This document shows positions 18,327 through 27,083 of a stretch of DNA of 64,000 nt, one piece after another. Position 1 is the first letter of the stretch; every line of letters begins with the position of its first letter. Below the pieces are notes generated by a model. That model saw only the letters and a list, made by a program, of their open reading frames with translations. It did no database searches and had not been told where the DNA came from. The position numbers and the translations under genes are program-made. Where the stretch lies: the sequence record PP968062.1. One strand, given 5' to 3'.

Positions 18327-19154
18327 TCAGCGCAGAAGTGCATAGGATTCTTTGAGTTCTTTACTGCCATGTGTTGTTATGTCATGGTAGATTTTGTCTT
18401 GTGTTGTAACAGGCGACCAACGTCTTGAAGCAGCTAGTTGCTTTAGTTGAGCCTTGATTGCTTTTGACTGCGCTTCGAAAACAACACCATCTCCGAACAC
18501 TTGTAAAGTGAACTTAGTGAAGGGGATCGGTGTATCCTCTTTTATGCCGTTAAGCTTGGTGTACCACAAGTTGTACGGTTTAATTTTCCCTGTGTGGGAT
18601 TCTAGCAGAAGAAGACGATCGAAATATTGTTTCCACAGTAGTTCATGTGGGAAATGCGTAATCAGAGCGATCGTACCCTGGGTTCGCACTGGAGCTCTAT
18701 CGATCTCCATTACTTCTATTCCTGCATCTTTCATTTGGTGCAGGAGTTCAATTGCAGCGTAGCGTTCGTACACTTCATATGCCATTTGCTTTGGCGTCTT
18801 GGCTTCTTTATAGATAGCCTTGGGGTATTCCCATTTGACCGAGTCTTTAGATGCGATATACCAACGCACCTTCACCTTCGATCCATGTTGCCCCAGTGCA
18901 ACCGGTATTGTTGCGATCTCCTGCATTAGGATAGTCACTGCATCAGCAGGGTTAACGCCATGGACTTTATCCGTAGCTACCGCTGAGTTAAGATTACGGG
19001 CCAACGTTCTAAGGTTGACCCAGATCTCTTTTACCGATTTAACGTCAATTGGGTGCTTGGTCTGATTTGGGTGAATTCCCAAGAACCCCTCAAAGGCAAG
19101 AGAAGTCCCGATACTAACGGGTATCTGACCGACGTCTCTTTCGATGAGTTCCAT
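18327..19154 (-). CDS. Conserved core protein (phiKZ gp66-like)
   Basis: 275 aa, coupled to the sbcD-like gene; synteny. Confidence 0.65.
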   Translation of the reverse strand: MELIERDVGQIPVSIGTSLAFEGFLGIHPNQTKHPIDVKSVKEIWVNLRTLARNLNSAVATDKVHGVNPADAVTILMQEIATIPVALGQHGSKVKVRWYIASKDSVKWEYPKAIYKEAKTPKQMAYEVYERYAAIELLHQMKDAGIEVMEIDRAPVRTQGTIALITHFPHELLWKQYFDRLLLLESHTGKIKPYNLWYTKLNGIKEDTPIPFTKFTLQVFGDGVVFEAQSKAIKAQLKQLAASRRWSPVTTQDKIYHDITTHGSKELKESYALLR

Positions 19155-19156
19155 TA

Positions 19157-20302
19157 TTAAGTCCTAACGAACGGGATAAGCCTTTCAAGGCACCGTATTT
19201 GCACTGTTGGATCACTGGTCACTTTCTCAATTTCATCTTTGAGTAGACCCGTGATTGTTTCGGGAGTAATAGCGATAAACTTCGACATGTCAAATTCTTT
19301 CAGACTTGTCGCTACACTATTCTTTTTCTTAGTAGCTTTTTCCACCAAGACCGACCATTCGTAGTTAGGATACTCAATACGGAATGTCTCGATGTCACCA
19401 TTAGCTACGTCCATCGGATCACATCGTAGACGAATAGCTGAGTACTTCGGAAGATCCGCTAAGGTTTCTTTAACTTTGTTCAAGAGTTGCTTGGTATCGA
19501 AACCATGCACTTCAAGAGTTACGTACTTCTTAGCATTTTTGTTCTGTATAAAGGTAGCAGTGAAATCACCGTTATCACGAACCACAAAGTGGAACAAACC
19601 TTTGTCGATCTCATCTCCATGGCAGATTCGATCGAAAGAACCAGCAGCGTAGATCCGTTCATGGATAGTCATGTTGTGTACATGACCAATCAGGATCTGA
19701 TGTTTTACCAGTTTGAGATATTCTGCTTCATCGTGAGTTGGTTCTTCCACGATAGAAGGAAGCTGATAGCTAAATGCCCCGTGCATAATAGCAAAGTCAA
19801 CTTGATCAATTCCTAGTGCAGCCATCTGTTCTTTCACTTGAGAAAGCGTTACAGCGGTAGACGGATGCCACTTGTCTGGGACATAAAGGAAATGAGCATC
19901 GAGCTTCTCATTGTACTCAATCGACAGAGTCTTCGAGTAATGGAGGTCGACTGGAATATCTACGTTGATTTTCTGTTCAACGAAAAACTGGGTTTGTTCA
20001 CGGTCATGGCTTGGTGTACCTTCAACAATTCGTAACATCACATTGTTAGCAGCGCAACGCATCATGAACGTAGTGGCCCAGCGGTTGATCTGGTGCACTG
20101 ACTCGTCGCCATAGTTCAACTGGCGATCAAACAGGTCACCAGTAATGATGACCATGTCAAGATCCTTTAACATCTTATCTGTGATTACCTTATCGAGGTT
20201 CAACAGAATGTGAGATGTAGGAGTTGTCCGATGGCCTAGGTGTACGTCACCTAGGCTTATATAACGGAAGGTGCCGGGGAACTTAGTCTTATCAGTCTTC
20301 AT
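19157..20302 (-). CDS. SbcD/Mre11-like metallophosphoesterase nuclease (phiKZ gp65-like)
   Basis: Motifs DVHLGH, GDLFD, GTPSHD, HG, GHVH. ORF track start is 20407; 20302 (MKTDKTK) avoids a long overlap. Confidence 0.9.
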   Translation of the reverse strand: MKTDKTKFPGTFRYISLGDVHLGHRTTPTSHILLNLDKVITDKMLKDLDMVIITGDLFDRQLNYGDESVHQINRWATTFMMRCAANNVMLRIVEGTPSHDREQTQFFVEQKINVDIPVDLHYSKTLSIEYNEKLDAHFLYVPDKWHPSTAVTLSQVKEQMAALGIDQVDFAIMHGAFSYQLPSIVEEPTHDEAEYLKLVKHQILIGHVHNMTIHERIYAAGSFDRICHGDEIDKGLFHFVVRDNGDFTATFIQNKNAKKYVTLEVHGFDTKQLLNKVKETLADLPKYSAIRLRCDPMDVANGDIETFRIEYPNYEWSVLVEKATKKKNSVATSLKEFDMSKFIAITPETITGLLKDEIEKVTSDPTVQIRCLERLIPFVRT

Positions 20303-20903
20303 AGTCGTCGTCAAATGAGCTGCTTTCAGCCTGTTGACGTACAGCACCATTAGATCCTTTAACAGGAACACCCCCAGCGAGGGCGTACAATGGTTCCCCA
20401 CTTTCATTTTCGAAAGTGCGGTTGTACATCGCCAGGATATTGGCTAAAGGAATGAGAACACTTTTGTCCACGGAAGAAGTGATGGATACGCTACTCAGGA
20501 ATTCAGTGATGTACGGTTCGAGATCTTCAAGAGACCGCTCACGTTCCAGGGCAATGTAATCTACAACATGCGAGATCGATGCTGTAGTTGCATCCGCTGC
20601 CCACGACGTACTAGGTCGAGGATAAAGCGCTGGTACTACAAACAAGATCTTCGGTTCAGCTTCATTTGAAGCGACACGTAAAGGATTAGTTAGCTCCAGT
20701 ACATATCGACGATAACGAATTAGATTATCTGGATCCCAAGGACGAGTGAGCAGAGGGAGAACCTCTTTAATGAAGCGATCCTCCAGAATGATCGGAAGCT
20801 GCATCTCATCATTTGCGATGATCGTATCAAGGCAATCATCGATTGCACGTGTCACGTGGCGACGCCGAATTTCGTCAGCCGTATCAGTTTGCGGGTTGCT
20901 CAT
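20292..20903 (-). CDS. Conserved hypothetical protein (phiKZ gp64 position)
   Basis: 203 aa, acidic C-terminus, overlapping both neighbours. Confidence 0.7.
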   Translation of the reverse strand: MSNPQTDTADEIRRRHVTRAIDDCLDTIIANDEMQLPIILEDRFIKEVLPLLTRPWDPDNLIRYRRYVLELTNPLRVASNEAEPKILFVVPALYPRPSTSWAADATTASISHVVDYIALERERSLEDLEPYITEFLSSVSITSSVDKSVLIPLANILAMYNRTFENESGEPLYALAGGVPVKGSNGAVRQQAESSSFDDDYED

Positions 20904-21480
20904 TTAGGTCACCTTGAACTTTTTCCAGAGCATCTTTCGAAGTCAGGATGTTAATGACGATAGCTTGTTGACCATCGAAGTATTCATCGTGTTGCTTCAA
21001 ATAGGCTACGAAAGGAGCAGTACCTTCGTTCTGGATTACATCGGGGGTAGAGGCCAGTGCGAAGTCAATACCACCATCTGCACGTTTGGTTGCGATGACA
21101 CTGTGTTCGTGCGGCATTACGTTAACGCCATCAACTACTTCAATGGTGAAACCGTACCGGCGGGCGGCAACTTCCTGAGTCATATGCTCCAGGCTTTCAC
21201 GAAGAGAAGAATTCAGACCACCGAAGAAACCAGCAAGGATCTTAACTACACGAAGTTCATGGAGATCTTCAGATTGAGTAAGGGCTTCCAGAATTTGTTT
21301 GATGGCATTCTCGCTAACACGTAGACGAGATTCCAGCTTCTCTACGGTACGAACCAGAGCTTCTACACGTTGAACCAGAATATCATGATCATCCAGATGC
21401 TCTGTTTCAGTAGCAGTATCCGAATTTTCATCCACCAGAGCATTTGCTGCTTCGAGTTGTACGTCTTCGATGTGTTGCAT
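20884..21480 (-). CDS. Hypothetical protein with N-terminal coiled coil
   Basis: 198 aa; heptads LVQRVEALVRTVEKLESRLRVSENAI. Confidence 0.7.
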   Translation of the reverse strand: MQHIEDVQLEAANALVDENSDTATETEHLDDHDILVQRVEALVRTVEKLESRLRVSENAIKQILEALTQSEDLHELRVVKILAGFFGGLNSSLRESLEHMTQEVAARRYGFTIEVVDGVNVMPHEHSVIATKRADGGIDFALASTPDVIQNEGTAPFVAYLKQHDEYFDGQQAIVINILTSKDALEKVQGDLNEQPAN

Positions 21481-21485
21481 TTTAT

Positions 21486-21890
21486 TTACCCGTTGTTGAT
21501 ATTTGCGATACTCACGAGATGTGAGTTTTGGAATTGAACCAGCTTACCTACGGTATATTCTTTAACGCCATCTGTGACGATACCAGTAAACTGGATGGAG
21601 AATGCATCAGGATTATCCGGACTAGCCGGAATGATGTTAACGATAGCTTGCGCTGATTCACCAAACACTGTTTGCAGTTTGGTAGTTAGAACATCACGTA
21701 GGGCGAGTTCCAAATTCAGCATGTCGTTGGCATGTTCCTTCAGTAGATATTGGAGCGAAGTATTTTGTGTCCGATGTAGAGTGGACATCGACCTGTTGGT
21801 AGTTAAGAATGTGGAAAGAATGTAGTCAGCTTTAGATTCCAAAGAAGAAATCCAGCCATCAGTACCTAGTGTTGGAAGAGAGATTGTCAT
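21486..21890 (-). CDS. Conserved hypothetical protein (phiKZ gp62 position)
   Basis: 134 aa, GGAG RBS; size and alpha/beta layout loosely like gp25-type baseplate proteins. Confidence 0.65.
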   Translation of the reverse strand: MTISLPTLGTDGWISSLESKADYILSTFLTTNRSMSTLHRTQNTSLQYLLKEHANDMLNLELALRDVLTTKLQTVFGESAQAIVNIIPASPDNPDAFSIQFTGIVTDGVKEYTVGKLVQFQNSHLVSIANINNG

Positions 21891-21921
21891 GGTAACTCCG
21901 AAAAAAATAATGGAAAAGTAT

Positions 21922-21941
21922 GCGGAGTCCTAAGACTCCGC
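21922..21941 (-). terminator. Hairpin terminator
   Basis: GCGGAGTC-CTAA-GACTCCGC with upstream A-tracts on the plus strand. Confidence 0.75.
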
Positions 21942-21958
21942 TAACTACATCATTGGAC

Positions 21959-22381
21959 TTAATCGGACTCGACGAACAGGAAGTCAATGAAAGGATGACC
22001 GAAAGGTAATTCAATACGTTTACGGCTATATCCGTGACCAGCCATGTTCAACGCTTGCCAAATGCGTCCTTCGTGGATATCCACGAAGTGTACTTTATCA
22101 TGAGGGTCTTGGGAGATCTGAAGTTGAATCGAAGAAGGGAATCCAGGTGGCCCCATAACAGCGATCTCTTTCTTATCGATTACCTCTACACCTTCTCGTT
22201 CGAATACGCAATACCACTTATCTTGATCACGATGGATTTTGATTTCACGATCAGGATTAGTTGCACAATAAACAGCTAGGTTAGTGAATCCTTTTGGAGC
22301 CTGCATTTTGTGCGAGTAGCTATCCAAAGTAGGACGGCGCGCCTTATTGGGATCGGCCTTAAAGTTTACAGGTTCGATCAT
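21959..22381 (-). CDS. Hypothetical protein
   Basis: 140 aa, AAGGAAG RBS, bracketed by two hairpins. Confidence 0.7.
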   Translation of the reverse strand: MIEPVNFKADPNKARRPTLDSYSHKMQAPKGFTNLAVYCATNPDREIKIHRDQDKWYCVFEREGVEVIDKKEIAVMGPPGFPSSIQLQISQDPHDKVHFVDIHEGRIWQALNMAGHGYSRKRIELPFGHPFIDFLFVESD

Positions 22382-22409
22382 GTGAACTTCCTTACTGCCT
22401 CATTATAAA

Positions 22410-22429
22410 GGAGTCCCCGAAGGGACTCC
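22410..22429 (-). terminator. Hairpin terminator
   Basis: GGAGTCCC-CGAA-GGGACTCC. Confidence 0.75.
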
Positions 22430-22439
22430 ATTTATGTTG

Positions 22440-23054
22440 TTAACCCAGCAAGTTCCCTACGGGACTAGTCGGGTCCATTTCGTTTGCATCTAGAGCCACG
22501 TTTACAAGGTTCCACGAACGGAGAACGTCAACCTTCTCATACAGAGACAGTTCTTTATCGCCTTCCGGGATTTCCTCGTAATACTGTTTAACCAAGGTGT
22601 GGTCATCATTGACAACCATTACTTCGTCCATCACTCGACGATAATCGTAGTGGCGTTCACCAACACGATCACCATGATGGTTAACGTACGACTCAGCGTA
22701 ACCCTCTACCATGTTGTTCAGATACATCCCACGCAGACGTTCCTGTGCCATGATGTACCGTTGCATGATCGGGTTTGCGGTCTGAAGCTGTTCGATCGTG
22801 TACAGTCCATGGATGCTGTTAGACATCCAACTGTTATCCGTCTTAGCAACAATGTTCCGCATTGCCTGCACCGCTGTACTGGTGCTGATCATTTGGTAAA
22901 GGTTTTGTGCTTGGTCAAAGAACGAAGTTGCCATCGAACTCAGGTTACTACGAAGTGTCTGAGAACGTTCACCCAACCAGTTCGTGGTATTTTGATCCAG
23001 ATGGCCACCAGCGACGATGTCCATCAAGTCGACGCCGTATGCCTGTTGTAACAT
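22440..23054 (-). CDS. Conserved core protein (phiKZ gp59 position; candidate Imp3 homologue)
   Basis: 204 aa directly downstream of the gp55-like gene; GAGGAG RBS; identity from synteny only. Confidence 0.55.
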   Translation of the reverse strand: MLQQAYGVDLMDIVAGGHLDQNTTNWLGERSQTLRSNLSSMATSFFDQAQNLYQMISTSTAVQAMRNIVAKTDNSWMSNSIHGLYTIEQLQTANPIMQRYIMAQERLRGMYLNNMVEGYAESYVNHHGDRVGERHYDYRRVMDEVMVVNDDHTLVKQYYEEIPEGDKELSLYEKVDVLRSWNLVNVALDANEMDPTSPVGNLLG

Positions 23055-23074
23055 GGATTACTCCTCTTGGATCG

Positions 23075-24541
23075 TTAAGCTGCTTTCGCCAACCATTCCT
23101 CCAAAGACGGAAGATAGTCTTCGTGAGCATAGTTGATGATCGTTTCTACAACCGGACCTTGGAGTTCCAGGTTACCAGAGATCTCGTGTGGATCATCCGG
23201 ACTCAGTACCCAAGTATGCGGTGCGATTCGTTCAGTTGCATCAGCCAGATAGTTATCGGGCATCAGCGTCAAGTTCAGCTGGTCACCATCGAAGTCGGCG
23301 TTAGGTGCTTTCAGGCACAGTACCGACATGCTGATGGAGTTATCTCGAATGTCATTCTTAATAACGGTGATGAAGAACTGCTGTGTCGAACCACGTTGCA
23401 GAGTCGGGTTACGGTGGAACACACACGGAAGACCTTTGTACTTCGATTCTGCAATGATCTCTTTAAACAGCTGATCCAGGACTTCGTTGTACTTCAGGAC
23501 GTTCTCGTAGATGAACGAGTTCGCTTGGCGAGTCGTCATACGGAACTTGCGTTTCAGTTTGTTGATCAGGTGATACTTCAACAACTGACAGCCGACGCCC
23601 CACGGAATGTGAAGTTCATCGTAATCATGCGGGTCACTAATGGAAGTAATTACCGCACGAGCAGTCAGGTTAAGACGACCACCCAATACGTGCCTACGAA
23701 CCAGACCAGGCTTTTGCGCGATCCGTTGTTTGTCGTAGTTCTCATGGAAGATAGCCAGAAGCTTCAGTGCACGAGCTACACGGTTTTGTACAGTGATTGG
23801 TTTCAGCGGGATTGCCGAACTGCCGATACTACTAATAGTCAGTACCGCATCGATTGCTGCGCCGATCGGCTTATCGATGTAAACACCCGAGGTCGTAGAC
23901 TCTACAACGAAACAGAGTTTAGTTGGGATCGGAATGTTCTTCGGGAACAGGTGTTCTTTGTTTTGGTTAACGAATGCAGCCATCTCACCTTTGTTGGTGT
24001 TGATGATACTGCTATCGAGCAAGAACTGGAAGATCGTATCGAAGTTCTGAACGAAGTTGTTCAATCCACGTGGGAACTGGCGAGCCAGCAACTTGTCGAG
24101 TTTCCGTTTGGTTTCTTTCGAACTGATCGTATCGTAATCAAACTGATACTGCGTGTTGGTCAGATACTCCAGGAAGTCGAACTCTTTCATCGACATGTAT
24201 CCTGAAAGCATAATCCACAACTCGGGACTCACCAGACGATCCACCCCTTCCGGTGCCCGAATCCACATCGAAGGAACGATGGGTCGGTTGCTCGTGCTTA
24301 CTACTGGTGTACCACAGTTATCACAGATTACCCCGAGCTTGTATGCTTCCGTGATATGTTCACAGTCACACGATGCCGAGTTCTCGATCGCATCTGCATC
24401 CTGATAATGGGAGAACAGATAACGTTGGAATTCCTCCTTTTGTTCAGCATTGCTGGTATTGAAGTCGTTTGCGAATACTACTTTACCTCTTTGGTTAGCG
24501 AGCATTTCGTCATGATTGACAACCTGAGCATATAGACCCAT
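23075..24541 (-). CDS. Non-virion RNA polymerase beta-prime N-terminal catalytic subunit (phiKZ gp55-like), uninterrupted
   Basis: 488 aa; catalytic NADFDGD, FHRNPTL, Zn-binding CDC...CDNC, RAVI. Confidence 0.95.
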   Translation of the reverse strand: MGLYAQVVNHDEMLANQRGKVVFANDFNTSNAEQKEEFQRYLFSHYQDADAIENSASCDCEHITEAYKLGVICDNCGTPVVSTSNRPIVPSMWIRAPEGVDRLVSPELWIMLSGYMSMKEFDFLEYLTNTQYQFDYDTISSKETKRKLDKLLARQFPRGLNNFVQNFDTIFQFLLDSSIINTNKGEMAAFVNQNKEHLFPKNIPIPTKLCFVVESTTSGVYIDKPIGAAIDAVLTISSIGSSAIPLKPITVQNRVARALKLLAIFHENYDKQRIAQKPGLVRRHVLGGRLNLTARAVITSISDPHDYDELHIPWGVGCQLLKYHLINKLKRKFRMTTRQANSFIYENVLKYNEVLDQLFKEIIAESKYKGLPCVFHRNPTLQRGSTQQFFITVIKNDIRDNSISMSVLCLKAPNADFDGDQLNLTLMPDNYLADATERIAPHTWVLSPDDPHEISGNLELQGPVVETIINYAHEDYLPSLEEWLAKAA

Positions 24542-24582
24542 ACCTACTTCCTATTGTGTTGCGACAAAAAAAGGAGATAGAA

Positions 24583-24603
24583 GCGGCTCCCGAAGGAGCC
24601 GCC
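24583..24603 (-). terminator. Intrinsic terminator ending the chimallin transcript or ncRNA
   Basis: Minus strand GCGGCTCC-TTCG-GGAGCCGC with an extended stem, followed by T7. Confidence 0.9.
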
Positions 24604-24930
24604 TTATCTACTATCGATGGACCACCAACGGAGCCTGGCACGATCCTAGCATCGTCTACAAAGCTTAACCTCCGCTCTTCTCTGTAGCACTTTGACACTA
24701 GAACCTTTTACCATCCATCGTTGTTTTGATCACACGTTGCCTTTTGAGCAACTCCTTTCGGTTAAGTGATCGATCACGCCCGTGTAGCGAGAGGTCGACC
24801 TAGACTTTACGTCCACTAGACGATTACTTCGCGGAACCTACTCCTAACCGTTATCACCGAAGTGAACCAGGGTCGCAGTATTTGAATCGGGATGCCAGCC
24901 TTCTGACACCCCTATCAACCGGGGGAGTTG
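24604..24930 (-). ncRNA. Candidate large structured non-coding RNA (or structured 3' UTR of chmA)
   Basis: About 330 nt with no credible gene; several nested helices, UUCG and GAAA tetraloops, G-U rich stems (see finding). Confidence 0.6.
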
Positions 24931-24934
24931 TTTC

Positions 24935-26800
24935 TTAGTACAGAGTACCAACCGAACCAGCCATGTTCAGCTGGTAGCCACCACCAACGCCCATGCCGTT
25001 GACAACCTGAGCGGTAGAACCGACAGCGAAGTCTTGAATCATGGTGTTGCCGGTGAAGCGCTGAGCACCGAATACCTGAGCAACGTTGTCCATTGCTACG
25101 GTCAGACCGGCAGCAGCGATCGCCTTATCCAGACCCTCGATGAATTTCGGGTTGAAGATACCGCGATGTGCACGGGTGGTGTAAGTTACAGCGCCCAGGA
25201 ACGCACGGTCGTAGTTCTTGGATTGCTTGTTGCGCAGTTCCGGATGAATGTTCGGGTTGCACTGAGTACCGTACCAGGACATCCACTCTTGCTGGTTGCC
25301 TTCTGCGGCGTTCAGAGCACCGAGAGCGTCGAGGTCACGACGGTCACGTTTCTCATCGCCATCCCAGTAGTAGCCCTTGTTGATTTCGGTACCAGTCGAT
25401 GCAATGATCGGCTGGGTGTTGAAATCGAAGAAGCGCTCGAAGCCGCCACCAACCAGGTTCTGTACAGCGCGAATGATCGCGGCAGTAGCTTTCTGTTGGT
25501 TCGGGCCACCCATGGCATCCAGGAAGATCACGTCCAGAGCCGCGTTGTCGCCCATGCGGTCCAGGTCGATCAGGAAGGACGGGTTCGGACGAACCATGCT
25601 CAGCATCAGATCAGCGAAGTTCTGATCGGTGAAGGTGTCGGACTTGGTATCGATCTTCTTGTTCAGGTTGGACAGCCAACCCAGAGCACCGATGTCACCG
25701 AGGTCCTTCACTTTACCTACCTGAGGCAGGAACTTACGAGCCCAAGCCTGACCAGCAGTTACGCGGAAGGCGTTCGACAGAGCGAAGAGATACAGTTCCA
25801 GAGTGTTTGCCTTGATCCAGTTCGCCTGACGAACGTCAGTGATCAGGATCGCCGGGGAGAACGGCGGCAGCGGTTGGGTCTGTTGACCGAACATCTGGGC
25901 TTGCGGAGTCGGAGTGTACTCCAGGGTTACCTGTACCGACACCTGGTTCAGCATGGTGTCTGCTTCGTAGAACTCGTTCTCTTGCTGACCTTGCTTCTTG
26001 GTGCGGTTCAGGCTAACGAGGATGTCCGACTTGATCGGGTTACCAACGCTGTCCATTACCGGACGACCGGAGAAGTCCATCTTGGCAGCCAGGGTTTCGT
26101 CTTGGCCACGCAGCATGGCGATCTGGAACGGAGTCTCGCCAGCTTTCTTCGCCAGAACGTCATCACACAGGTTGACGGAGCGAATCAGGATGTCTTTCAG
26201 CAGGACTTCATCTTTCAGATCGAATTCAGCCGGGATCGGCAGCGGACCGGCCGGGTGTACTTCAGCCTTCGGACGACCGGTGGTCTGACGAACGAAGTCG
26301 CAGATGCGGTTCCAGTACTGAACGGTGAAGACGTCTTGCACTTCAACGTCAACGTCGAAGCGATCGTGGCTCATGCCGTTTTGAATGGTCACTTGGCGAG
26401 GAGCCAGGGTGATTGCCGAGTTCGGCATGATCAGCGGACGAACAACGATGATGCCGTTGCCACCAGCTGCATGCTTGACGATCAGCAGAGCGGAGTAGCC
26501 AACGCGGTTAGCGTCGCGGTCGAAACGCAGGATCTGGAAATCGTTTTCCAGGTCTTGATGGTCGATGGCATCTTTGCCAACGCGGGTCATTACTTGCAGA
26601 GCTTCGCTCGCACGGGCGTCGCCGCCATCAGTACGACCGGAGCGTTTGAACATGTTCGGCAGGCCGGAGATACCGCCTTGCAGAGTTTGAGGAGCGGATT
26701 GTTGCATGCGAGGAGCTTCCTGTTGTGCGCGCGGAGCAGCTTGAGCCGGACCGTTGTTGGCTTGAGCTTGGGTGTTTTGAGCGTCGGTATCACGAATCAT
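24935..26800 (-). CDS. chmA: Chimallin, major phage nuclear shell protein (phiKZ gp54 / 201phi2-1 gp105-like)
   Basis: 621 aa; MIRDT start, GGDARASEAL, ILRFDRD, QQENEFYE, FALSNAFR, GGGFERFFD, GDEKRDRRDLD, LNAAEGN match 201phi2-1 chimallin as recalled; adjacent to the gp55-like gene. Confidence 0.95.
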   Translation of the reverse strand: MIRDTDAQNTQAQANNGPAQAAPRAQQEAPRMQQSAPQTLQGGISGLPNMFKRSGRTDGGDARASEALQVMTRVGKDAIDHQDLENDFQILRFDRDANRVGYSALLIVKHAAGGNGIIVVRPLIMPNSAITLAPRQVTIQNGMSHDRFDVDVEVQDVFTVQYWNRICDFVRQTTGRPKAEVHPAGPLPIPAEFDLKDEVLLKDILIRSVNLCDDVLAKKAGETPFQIAMLRGQDETLAAKMDFSGRPVMDSVGNPIKSDILVSLNRTKKQGQQENEFYEADTMLNQVSVQVTLEYTPTPQAQMFGQQTQPLPPFSPAILITDVRQANWIKANTLELYLFALSNAFRVTAGQAWARKFLPQVGKVKDLGDIGALGWLSNLNKKIDTKSDTFTDQNFADLMLSMVRPNPSFLIDLDRMGDNAALDVIFLDAMGGPNQQKATAAIIRAVQNLVGGGFERFFDFNTQPIIASTGTEINKGYYWDGDEKRDRRDLDALGALNAAEGNQQEWMSWYGTQCNPNIHPELRNKQSKNYDRAFLGAVTYTTRAHRGIFNPKFIEGLDKAIAAAGLTVAMDNVAQVFGAQRFTGNTMIQDFAVGSTAQVVNGMGVGGGYQLNMAGSVGTLY

Positions 26801-26867
26801 GATTTGTTCCTATGTTTGTAACGTTTCTTGATCAAGAATGAGATCCAACAGTGTATTGGATTCAAAA

Positions 26868-26896
26868 CTGTTATATAGATCTCAGATTTTTTTTAA
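26868..26896 (-). promoter_or_regulatory. Early promoter of chmA
   Basis: Minus strand TAAAAAAAATCTGAGATC-TATATAAC-AG. Confidence 0.75.
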
Positions 26897-26993
26897 TGCA
26901 TTATAGACCGGAGGACCCGCTATAAAAGCAAGGTCATTTGAGGACAGTCAGTCTTCACATACTGTATTACATATTTGTTTCCTTAAGATTCAA

Positions 26994-27083
26994 ACTCAGT
27001 ATGCTGAGTACTGGGGCATAGCTCAAATAGCAGGTCAGGACCTCACGGTCATTTCCTGTATTAAATAACTAGCCCCAGTATTT
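26994..27083 (-). other. Structured intergenic RNA/DNA element (long hairpin plus short hairpin)
   Basis: TACTGGGGC/GCCCCAGTA outer stem, inner stems, GNRA-capped GACC-GTGA-GGTC, then ACTCAG-CATA-CTGAGT. Confidence 0.55.

Noticed and set aside
19157-20407. Long N-terminal extension of the SbcD-like nuclease
   Set aside because: It would overlap the upstream gene by 116 nt; the start at 20302 gives a normal short overlap and keeps all motifs.
24510-24698. 62-aa ORF in the chmA-to-gp55 gap
   Set aside because: It runs through the terminator and into the next gene, has no convincing RBS, and coincides with the base-paired domain.
24604-24930. tRNA, tmRNA, RNase P, group I/II intron or hammerhead identity for the structured region
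   Set aside because: The UUCAAAU segment has no T-stem; there is no acceptor stem or CCA, no tag ORF, no P7 or domain V consensus and no CUGAUGA core. Left as an unknown RNA.
25034-26821. 595-aa plus-strand ORF antisense to chimallin, and similar long antisense ORFs (15810-17402, 27141-28673, 22907-24205, 9092-10072, 12963-14006, 57171-58184)
   Set aside because: They mirror recognisable minus-strand genes codon for codon. Rarity of TTA/CTA/TCA codons in the real genes removes antisense stops. No RBS or motifs support them.
27031-27058. Kink-turn or box C/D reading of the AAAUGA/CUGA internal loop
   Set aside because: The tandem G-A register conflicts with the adjacent GACC/GGUC stem and box C is not UGAUGA.
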